The position numbers and the translations under genes were made by a program. Positions 37,554 to 48,930 of a stretch of DNA of 55,115 nucleotides are shown one piece after another (position 1 is the first letter of the stretch; the number at the start of each line of letters is the position of its first letter). The notes under the pieces were generated by a model. The model made no database searches. It had not been told where the DNA came from and saw only the letters and a program-made list of their open reading frames with translations. The stretch spans positions 1 to 55,115 of the forward strand of contig MQRK01211111.1 of the NCBI GenBank assembly GCA_001938485.1, written 5' to 3'. The stretch is from Girardia tigrina. Lineage: Eukaryota.

Positions 37554-37590
37554 AGTGTATATATAAGTATATATAAGTAATGAGTATATT
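37490..37590. repeat. (TA)n microsatellite flanked by TATATAAG repeats
   Basis: TA run at about 37512-37550 with repeated GTATATATAAGTA units on both sides. Confidence 0.9.
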
Positions 37591-37624
37591 TCCCGTAGAT
37601 ATTTGGCAAAATCTTTAATTTATT

Positions 37625-37960
37625 TTAATTAAAGATTTCAAGAATTGAGACGTCCTTTGCTCATTTTAAATGTTAATTAATGGGTTGTAGTAGTGTCTTA
37701 TTATTAATGATTCACAGAAAAGCAGCTCATATTTTGAATCAAATCAGAAGAGATTCAGTTTTTACAATCTAACCAATTAACAAGAAACTTATTCAATGGA
37801 CTTGATTGTAAACGGTTATTATTTCCATTCATTCTATTGACAAGAATATCAAGAAAAGGAACTATGTTATTTACTTTCCTTTATGTAGTGAATTTATTAT
37901 TAGGATGAAGATCATTCAAGAATAATAAGAACATTTCTATCATGGGTTTGTTTCTAAAAC
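37625..37960 (-). mobile_element. Internally deleted Penelope-like fragment (RT thumb fused to GIY-YIG end)
   Basis: FLNDLHPNNKFTT*RKVNNIVPFLDILVNR followed by FDSKYELLFCESLIIRHYYNPLINI. Confidence 0.75.
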
Positions 37961-40900
37961 CTATATATATATATATATAAATTTAAAAAAATATACAAAT
38001 AAAAATATAAATCATTTTATTTTAATACAATATCAATAAGGTATATGATTTATATTTCGTTAAAAATAATATTGCGAAGCAAATCGATAAAGAATCTGTA
38101 ATATAGTAGATAAGCCGCATTATTTTGTCAAATTGTATTCCAATCAAACAAGAAAACTTAAGATTACCCTAAAACGGTCGATCCCCTGTAAGATTTATCC
38201 GGAGGGCTCAGTTGTCACATTCCTGCCAATTTAATTCTCAAATTCTTTATACGTTTTTTGATTTGGTTATTTTACAACATATAAAATTATTATAATTATT
38301 ATTATTAATTTTATATTATAAATTATAAATTATAAAATATTATAAATTAGTGAAACGACAATCAACATGAAATTATTTTTTTTATTTTTTTATTCTTAAT
38401 TGCATTGTTTAACTGAAAGATTTATTAAAAAAAACTATGTAAACTAATTTGTGTATATGAATATTAAATAATAAAGGATTATAACAAATTTTATATTTAT
38501 ATATTTTAATAACGATTGTAAATATTATTAAATTATTTGATTTATTATTTTGATTATTATATCTAATTTCTCTTCAGACCAGATAAACAAATAATTGTTC
38601 ATATTATTGTTTAATCATATTTAGCTAAAAACAGTTGTTTTAAACAAATGCGAATATCTTTGAAAATATTCATTTTATTATCAAATAACTATTATTTAAT
38701 TTATATTTATTTGTAATTCTTACACATTCATTCAATCATAATTTTACGTCTAAATTTCACATCAAACAGTTGAGTTAATAAATATAATATCAAAAGCACT
38801 CTTAAATGTGCTGCACAACAAATGATACAAAATTTATTTTAGATCATCAATCAAACTATCTGAACTAATAAACTAAATATTTTTAATAAAAACGGAACCG
38901 ACATAGATAATTAAAGCTGGAATATAAATAAAAAAATCAAAAATATAATTAATATTGTTAATATTATCAGTATTATTCATATGTTTCTATGTAATGATTT
39001 ATATGTGAATTAATTAATAATTAATGAACTTATGTAATTATTCATATAATTACTTTTTATTTGTAAATATACAGTAATAAATAATAATAGAATATAAATA
39101 TAGAAAATAATAATAAAAACATTAAGAGATTTTTGGCATATTAAAAAAAATAAATAATACTCCACTTTTAAATTCTCTTGTTGATTTATTTCTATTTTAA
39201 TGTTCTTTTTATTTTTCAATTTTTTTTAATTTAATTTTTTAAAATTTTGAGATTAAATAAAATATAATTTGAAACTTTTCCTATGACTGGTCATTATATT
39301 ATTATTTAATATATTTTATATATTCGTGTAAAAATATTTTATGCTAAACTATTCATTAAAATAAATATTATTTTAAAATATTTAATAAATCCAAAATTTG
39401 TTGAATGTCGATCATTCCTCCCTAACTAATCTTGCTTTGCCTGGATAGCAAAATGTGCATTTTATTATGATTGATTAATTCTTATTTGATAATTATGTTT
39501 TTAGAAAAAAAAATTAAAAAGAGATTATTTATTTTCCAATAATATAATTCCAAAAATATCCAATAGAAAATTAATAAAATATGGAAGATTTTTTGTTAAT
39601 TTTAAATGTAATATAAAACTTGAATATGAATTGAAAAGCACAAAGATAAATTAGATGAAGAATCTAGGTTTCCAGATTCACCGGCCGAGTCCATTTTATC
39701 AATTGTCTCAAAATATTTTAACATTGCTTTTTTTTAGTTTTAAAACATTTTTAAATTCTTTTTTAGAATTTTAAATTCTTGATATTGTGACTTTTTTTCG
39801 TCTTTAATCTTTTGTGTCCCGTAGGGCCCATATCTTCTGAAAAAAATACACAAACAGGAGCTCAAACAAAGCGAAATTCATACTTTTTCCAGAAATAAAT
39901 CGATGTAGTCTTGCAACATTTGTGAATATTTATTAGATGAAAATTCAGGAAAAATATCACAAGTACATAGTAAATCTATTTATTTATTTATATGGTAAAT
40001 CGTTATAAAAATGACAATGTGCTACTCATAAATCTTCTAGGTAGCCCATATGCACGAATTCAGAGAAAATATCGCTGATGCCGATTCTCAAATTGATTCT
40101 GATGATGAATTTGATTTATTGGATAATCAAGAAGATAATTCAACGGATAATATTGACGAGAATTTGGGAAGGATCTAGATCCGGTTTTATTCAACCTGTT
40201 GGTCCAGCCAATAATGATTTTCCTTTTTCATAATAACTAGTTTTTTTACTTTACATAATTAATCAAATAATGAATGGTAAATAGATATTTGAAAAAAATA
40301 AATTTGGGACTTAAAATGTTAAATTAAGATTTTTGTTTTTCAAATTAAGAATATCTTTCTAAAATATCAGCTTATCTTTTACGAGCTTTCTGTAAATTTA
40401 ATTGAAGAGACGAATTACTTTGGCCTAACACTCATAATTATTACTAAAATTTTCTGGTTTTTAATGTATCATTATGACACGAATTATCACATAAATCAGT
40501 AAAAAACAATTCATCTAATTCAAAACACGAGACTACTCGACCATTATTGCACCTATTATACACTTTTTTCGCTTGATTTAGATTTTTTTTCACCTTTTCT
40601 AATAAATTTGGTTTCCTTACAACATTTAAATTGTGACAAATTTCGCCTCGTAAAAATAATAACAGTGTATTTCTTTTACATCAATTATTTCTTTTCCTCG
40701 CGCTTACACATAAAACCAAAGCATGCATACATACACACAAACACACTACAATTACATTATTTTTTTCACATGCACACATTTTTATATTTACACACAATTA
40801 GAACAATTGAAAGGATTTTCTGTCAACGAAAAGGTACTCTGAATCAATTAAGGAACGAAAAGTAACATAAAAAATTCACTCAAAATAACTCAATTTATTA

Positions 40901-41705
40901 TTGATAATTTTGAAATAATTATTAATTATTTTATTGAATTATTATTCTAATTATTAATCTATTTATTCTTCAGTTCGGTCAAACCTCTAATTTACTGATT
41001 AAGAGAAAATATAAATTATATAATTAATAAAATATAAAATATAATGTGTCTCCTTACAAAAGAATTATTAAAATCAGTCTGCTAAAAGTCTAAAATGATA
41101 AATATCATTATTGTCAAATATTATCGTTTAATGCCAGATGTGGTTCAAGAAATAAATAAAAGTAAACAAATAACTCAAATTCATTGCTTGATAAAAGGTT
41201 TATAAAGTGGGAGGGGCTGAAAGATTTATGATCTCAACGGCAACCATTAGCCGTGTTAGATAATTACGACTTTATAAATTATATTTCATCATCTTTTGTC
41301 AAAAAATAATAAAGTTTTGAAAACAGTATTAATTGAAATTAATGGAAATTGTTTTTCTTCTATAATAATTTATATTTTATATTTACTTTATCTTATAATT
41401 GGAAGAAAACCATTAAAGGTAAAAAAATGAAATAGAGAAAATATAGAAATATATTTTCAAACGGTAAATGAATAAAGTGAAAATAATACTTTATATTTTT
41501 AAGAATAGGGTGAACTTAATACAAATAAAAAATACACGTAAAACTCCGAGAAAAGAATAAATATTTATCATCACTATAAAAGAAGATTATGAACATTGGT
41601 ATATAACTCTGAACAGAAAGCAAATATATTAATTACATTCCACAGAAATATTTTAAAAATAGAAGATATAATGTGCGTATTCAGGGCATGTAGAAATGAA
41701 TTCCC

Positions 41706-41748
41706 ATTGCTGATGATGGATAATATTCCGAAACATATAAGAATAAAC
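41706..41748 (+). ncRNA. Candidate degenerate hammerhead
   Basis: CTGATGA-T-GGA-TAATAT-TCC-GAAA-CATA-TA, immediately followed by GAATAAA. Stem I is poorly paired. Confidence 0.45.
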
Positions 41749-44700
41749 GGAAATATACAAATATGTGAAAGGTATATAAGGTATTTTTTCTTAAGCCACA
41801 CATTTGCGTATTGACATATTAGTTATCGATACTAAAATCTACATATCTTTGTATTTATATGAAAAGGCTTTCCATTGCCAAAATATTATTACATTACCAT
41901 GAACGGATATCGCCTAAAGTGCACAGCTGATGTGACAAATATCCAGAGTTTTCAGTCCAAATAATTATTTTTATGGTTACATTTATTATTATTAGACGAA
42001 AAGCAAAAGATGTAGTTTGAACAAAGCAAGCCAATTGCCTTCCTAAAGAAACAGTCGCTATTGTACACAAAATACAGAATTTATAAATAGTATTTCTGAT
42101 CATAAAATCAATTTGAGAAGAATTTTTATAAGAATTGTAAAAAACATTTCAGACATTCCATGACAACCTAAAAAAAATTGTGAACTTTATACAATTTAAA
42201 TGGAAATATAATGTTGAATTTGAAAATGAAATGTATTGTATCAGGCAAGAGGAAACAAATACTTGTCATATAAGTTACATAAAATGAAGAAAAAAAACTT
42301 TTAAAATGTCCTCGAAATTTATAAACATTATTTATTTTAAAAAAGATAACCATTTCACTTTAGTTCTAAAAATTGGTTCAAATTTTCCTGTCACTTAAAT
42401 CCCTAAGAATTTTTTTAATCTAGTACTTTTATTGACCAAATTATTAATATGTTAAATTTATACAAATTTATACATTTGTAAATTTAAAAAATCAATGTTG
42501 CTTGTGATCGAAATATATTACAAAAATAATAGATTATTATTAAGAAACGAATATAAACTCATTCTTTATTCAATCCACTTTCCAGGATTCCCATTCTCTG
42601 ATTATTTAAAATTATTTGGCAATACTAATTTTGGATCAAACTAATTACTCCCAATCTCATTTCGAACTAGAAATTATTCGATTATATATTCTTTTTTGTT
42701 CTGGAACAAATCTGTTTAGTTCATTTCTCCATGGGACTCATTTTCGTTTGCTTTATAGTGATTGTAAAAAATAGAGATTAGGAAGTTTTATCAAACCTCT
42801 ATTTTTACTATAAAATAAAAGTTGCCAACAAAGCTAAACTAGCCCAACTCAATATATCAAGGAATTACGTTAGGCTAATTTAGTGTTCGAGAAAATAAAA
42901 CAATTATGTCAAGAGAAAAATAACGATCAACGAATAAAAAACTCTTAATTCAACACAAAAAAATTACATACGAGAGAGAGAGAAGGGCACGGATAAATCT
43001 CGATTTCGATTTGTGTTTATTGTTCAAAGGTTTCAAAGGAACGATCTTCGGTTCTAACAATATCGATGGAAACGTCAAAGAATCATTCGGTTGCGCAACG
43101 AGATTTTGAGGAAGTAGATTATATGGAGAGATACACCTTCAGTGGGGAATATTGATAAATTGGTTTGCGGAAAATTCCTTTACGAACCGATTTTACAGAA
43201 AAATGCTTGGTAGGTAGTATAATATAATTGTAATAAGTAATAATAATGTATTTAAAATTTTCGATCAATATTTAATATTGTTATATTATTCATATACACA
43301 CATATAATATATATAATATTAATATATGTACTTTTGAAAGTTTTTCCCTCTTACGACTTTCTAAAATTGCACATCTTCTATTTCTATCTTTATAATTTGG
43401 ATTCTGAATAATCTCAATATGACTACTATAAAAGAATAACAAAAATCACACGTAAAATAAGCAATCATTCGGTGATACCATTAACAATAAAAAACTGACA
43501 AATCAAACTCGAACGAGTTACAAAAACACTCGAAATCAAATACAAAAATCAAAGAACATGCAAATAAAATAATCACCCAGTGTCAGTAAGTAGGGCACTA
43601 CAGTGATCAATTGTTCCAAAACATCTTATTTGTCTCTTAATTTTTGCTATTGTATATATATATATATATATATATATTATTTTTTAGAGTATATTTGTAA
43701 TTTCTGTTGGATATCTCAACCATCGAAGAAACCAAGAAGGAACGGTCATCTAGTAATGTTATTATAACCACATTTTTATTCGAATTTCAAAATAATAAAG
43801 CATTCAGTTGACAAGAATGAAGGTTCTCCTTTTCAAAGGTTGTGTTCTAATTCTATTTAGATTGATATATTTCTAAAAATTTCTTAACACATGAAAACAT
43901 TTATTAAATGATATCATTACTATTAGATTATATTTTGTCACTATTATATTGCTATTATTTTATATCAAATTTCAAAGGTAACACACAGAACTAATAAACA
44001 TAAGACAATATAAAGAAAATATAAACAAGAACAAACATTTTAACATTAAAGAATTATATTTACATTTACAACATTATCAAATTATTTTAATATTATTTAT
44101 ATTATAATATCGTTTGATAATAATCAGTATCAGAAATAAAATTGTATTTAAAATAATTTCTTTTAAAATTAAATATTATATTTATATTAAAATAAAACAT
44201 TAATTAAACATTTTAAAATTTCGAAATTGCAAATAAAACTCATTAATAAATATCTAAAATAAACATATAACTCATTTTTTTCATCATTAATAAAAATTCA
44301 ATGAAAACTTATAAATCCCTTGTAATAAATTGCTTGTTTCAATCAGTCAATTGCTTATACATATAATAATTAATTATTTGTTTAAATCAGTCAAAAAATA
44401 TCGTTTATGTTATCAATTTAAAATATCATTTGAAATAATTTAATTGTTTCAATTTACAAAAATATCAAAGTTCATATATCTTATTTCCAGCGATATTGAT
44501 CCATTTAATTATAACTTTTTCATAATTAATTAATTAATTTATTAATTACTTTTTCTTTAAATCCTTTCTACAATTATTATTACGTAAATGTATAATTTCG
44601 AATGTACCGCTGTTATCAAATAAAGTTATTATAAAATATAATATCAAAAATATTATTAAATTCTAGAAAAATAATAATAATAATCATAATAATAATGATC

Positions 44701-45336
44701 GGCTGCTATAAGAGTGATTCACGAACCAATTAAATCGATTAATTTATTTTCAATTATAATTTTTTGTTGATCGGTGTGATTTGTCATTATGCATTTATTG
44801 ATATTCTAATCACACACACACATCCAGACACACAAACACACTTGTACATACAAACACAGGATTGATACATACAAACACACCTGCCTATTTTTTATTCCAT
44901 ATTCTGTTGAAATTCAAACGAGAATTTCGTTCATCATTATTAAATCGTGTCAAATTCGATCGATCAATAAATAATATTTAAATCGATCGACTTTATTGAA
45001 ATATAATATAAATAAAATATATTTGTTGAATTTATCAATTTTAATATTATTATTAGAAGGCAAATGTCACAGTGTATTTTTTTAAATTTTGTTTGATTTT
45101 TGTTTTACTGAGAGAATTTATTATCTCTATGTAATAATTACGTCGTTACTTTAATCCTTAGAAGCTAGTTTCTTCGTATCTATTATCAATATCCATTTTT
45201 ATCATGCCAAATAATGAGAAAAATGGGAAAAATCAAAATATATATTTTATTTATTATTTAGAAACATTTATTTATATATAAATTATTATCTTTTTACGTG
45301 ACTGTGTCTCGTGACTGCAGAATAATTTTATTTTAC

Positions 45337-45640
45337 CGTTAGTCATCTCAATCCTGATGTCATTATAATCGTCTTGTAACTTATCGAACAGTTCTCAAAA
45401 ACTCTTAACTTTTACTAATTTACTGTTTAAAATTTTCTACGTTACGACCCGCTTGATTTGATGAGGTATGATGTACCTTGTACACAATGGGCATTTATAA
45501 TCCGCCGGTCTGGTCGTCTCTGCTAATTGGCTTGTCATTTCATCCAAACATTTCAAATAAAATATACCGCAGCAAATCAAGTATTACATTCGAGATGATT
45601 GATTTTTAACTGTTTCTCATAAATATTGCAAATTGAATAA
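45337..45640 (-). pseudogene. ZFPL1: Decayed ZFPL1-like (zinc finger protein-like 1) RING-domain exon
   Basis: With frameshifts: YSICNIYEKQL....ECxxLICCGIFYLKCLDEMTSQLAETTRPADYKCPLCTRYIIP..NQAG..VE.LNSKL. This parallels ZFPL1 (C..C...L...RLVCYDLFHWACL...AQLP..TAPAGYQCP.C...IFPP.NLAGPVA..L..KL). Ends at a G|GTAAAA donor. Confidence 0.7.
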
Positions 45641-46591
45641 GAATAAAGAAAAGGCTCTACACAGTATTAATGTTTTAGTTACTCTAATCCCGATCGATTC
45701 TAGTTTTTATCCCGTACAAAAAATAATCTTTAGATTATTTTGTTGTTAAATGAACACTTCTCTTTGAATGAATATTTCATAAATACTTTTTGTGATCTGA
45801 AGACTTCTTTTTTTCTGAGTTGTATTGTTATATTGCTAATATAATTAGTTATTTTAAAGGTGCTTCAATGATTTAGTTTTTTTATATTGTTTCGAAATTT
45901 AGAATTAAATTACTTTATATTTCAAACGATTCTCTGCCTGGCTAAACGATAATCAATTAGATTCAATTTTATAATTTTATAACTGTTGATGAATAATGAC
46001 ACTCCTAACAATAAATAATGATATAAAAAATTATATAATTTAAATTAAATTAATTAGAGAAAGTAATGATTAAAATTTGAAAAATTAGAGTATATTGAAA
46101 TTTGAAAAACAGAACAAAGAAGTCTTTGTTCGAGTTATTATTAGCGTAATTCGACACATGAAATTTTTTTTGAACAAAAGGTTTTTTTGGAATCATGAAT
46201 GTTTTTATCAAAACCATTATATTTTAATAACGAAATTTTGAACGACGACAAATTTTGATTGTAAATTTACCAGTGTTGGTTTTTGAGTGAGTTACTATTG
46301 AATTGGAATATATTTTTATATTGTATTGTCTTTGTTAGGAGAACTCACACATTTGGTAGAACAGTTATTTCATTCACAATTTGGAGCATCTCTATCACTC
46401 AATGTTTAATACTTCTCATCCAAAATGTGAACTAACTTGAAACTTTATATTTTATTTTAAATATTATTGGTTAAAATAAAATTAATAAAATATTTTTAAA
46501 ATTTAAAATCATAATAAATTAAAAATTTGAATATTAAATATAAATATGAATTAATTACCTTTAGATTATAAGAATTAAAATATTAATCATA

Positions 46592-46682
46592 CATCTGATT
46601 CAGAGAGACAGAATCCCAAATCAACATACAACATTCAAACATAAATACACAAAACATCAACATTCAAAAATATTTCTCATAG
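46592..46682 (+). repeat. Short dispersed repeat family, diverged copy D
   Basis: CATCTGA...CAAATCAACATACAACATTCAAAC...CATTCAAAAATATTTCTCATA. Confidence 0.5.
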
Positions 46683-46851
46683 CCTTTATTAAACTTTTCA
46701 AATTAAGAAAGTATCTTGTTGCACAAATGAGCCGAATTATTTACCAATTCCATAGACTTATTAATAAATAATAAATAGGCTGTGCACGGACATCAGCAAC
46801 AGTGACTCTACTACCACCGGCCAAACTCTATGGCAAGCTGGGGACTGTATC

Positions 46852-46933
46852 AAACACACACATACACACACACACACATATATNNNNNNNNNNNNNNNNN
46901 NNNNNNNNNNNNNNNNNNNNNNNNNNNNNNNNN

Positions 46934-46996
<63 letters not shown>
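46852..46996. repeat. (CA)n/(TA)n compound microsatellite spanning a 50-N gap (46884-46933)
   Basis: Direct reading. Confidence 0.95.
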
Positions 46997-46999
<3 letters not shown>

Positions 47000-48149
47000 G
47001 ATGAATAACTTTCCATAAGTCGTCATCATTGCTTTCCTTTTAAAGTGCCTCTAATTGTTAAATGTGTCAATCAGAAATATAAAATCTCTAAATAAAAAAT
47101 CTTTGGAATGCCATTTTGTCTTTCAAATGACGACCCGATGCAACTGTTACAATAAAACTTAATCCTTTTTTCAATTAATTAATCATTAATTATTCTATTA
47201 AAAATATTCTGATTTTTTATTTGAAGTTTATATTTTATTTGAATTTTCAAATAGTGATGTTTTATGAGAAATAATTTCTTTTAAAAAATTTCTTTTGAAA
47301 CGAAATTAATTAAGTTAATTAAATTGAAATTATAGATAAAATGAAATTTATAGATTGATATCGAAGTTATTTTTTTGTTTATATTTTTTACAATTTGTTT
47401 TAATTACTTTGAATATTTTTTTATTAGAAATGGTTTGAACAAATTAAATTTTTATGAAAAATATTTTTTATTTAATATATTAATTAAGAATAAAATCAAT
47501 ATTCAAATAAATTGTGCTTGAATGCTCTAGATTTTATTGTTTTAATTATTACGTAAAATTTATGCTAATTTTTGTTTTAATAATTCAAAGTTTTGATCGA
47601 ATCTTAATAAATGTATTTGGTACAAACGATCGAATGGTTCGTAGTAGTAAATTTGCGGTATTTAAAATCTTCGCTCTTTTAATGTATATTTATTTTTTAT
47701 ATATAATTTATATTTATGAAACATGTCTTTATATAAAAAACATATTCCTTTGGGATGGGCAATTATCAATAAGCGTCCGAATGTTTCCGTGGCACGTAGT
47801 CTTAGCAGCAGTCCGAATTTTAAGTAGCAATTTAAATTTATTTGAAATTTATTGAAATATTTTAAATTTATATAATATTGAACAATTTATATTGAGATGT
47901 AATAAAATTTGTTTTCAATGTAAAAACGATAATATTTTTTAGTTTTATTTCTTTTGTTTCTTCCTTCGTAATATGATTGTCTTAATTTTATATATTGACC
48001 TAAAGACTATACTATTTTTACGAATTTTATATTATTTTATTTCTGGTAATCCTACGTAAATGAAAACTTAAACAAGTCGGATTTTGGATTATTTCATATT
48101 CTTTTATTTCCTTTTTGTGTCTTCATGAATTAACTATTGGAAGAAGGTA

Positions 48150-48500
48150 CGATTCTCCTATTAATCGACATTTTGTCAGTTTGGTTCATTTGTCAACTTA
48201 GTGAAGTGCCCAAAATATCAAAGGTTTCATGATAGTATGGGGTACCAAAACGGGTATCTCAACAATTTGTACCAAGAGGAACGACTGCCAATGGTAAAGT
48301 TTCCTTGACATAATGGAAAGCAAATTGCACATGACTTTTCCCAGTGTTATATGTTTTTCAACAAGATTCATCCTATATCAACAATTGCCAACTTCTGATA
48401 ATCTGATTTAATAAGATTAATAAATTGTACTGACCTTGAAACTTTCCTCCTAGAAATCCTTGATCCTCCTAGAAGTTTACAAGATTTAATCTACATCATC
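48150..48500 (+). mobile_element. Tc1-like transposase DDE-domain fossil
   Basis: Fragments FMIVWG, QFVPRGTTANG, FLDIMESKL, VFQQDSS, EILDPPRSLQDL (LDWPGNSPDLN-like). Confidence 0.55.
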
Positions 48501-48639
48501 TACTTTAAATTCACGATTCAAAAATAACTCAAAATATCAAAGACAAACGTTTGAGTACTGTAATGATGTGTCACTGTTTTGTGTTAGGTAATTGTTTTGT
48601 TTAAATTATGATTGTGAAAATTAATGATTTGTCCCAACC

Positions 48640-48930
48640 ATTTGTTTAACACCAAAGGGATTATGCTTTCACCTTCTCTCGCTTATTTCCAAACAATGAC
48701 TTTGGTATGGTCATATGTACCACAAAATGGTATTTCTTCAAATTTTTGATTTGATGATAATTCAGTGTAAATGTTAATTCATAATCAAATTATTCACATA
48801 ATTTTAACTAGGCATTGATTTTTTCATGTAGGATCTTATACTTTTGACCAATATATTGTGTTATCCAACACATCCTTCTATGTTTGTGGCAAATTTAATC
48901 AATTGACATACTTATCATTAAATTATCTGG
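48640..48930 (-). mobile_element. Possible GIY-YIG remnant of a different PLE lineage
   Basis: Fragments LIKF..., QYIGQ...LHEKIN and PFG; heavily degraded. Confidence 0.3.

Noticed and set aside
46761-47016. ORFs spanning the N gap
   Set aside because: Artefacts of microsatellite plus N translation.
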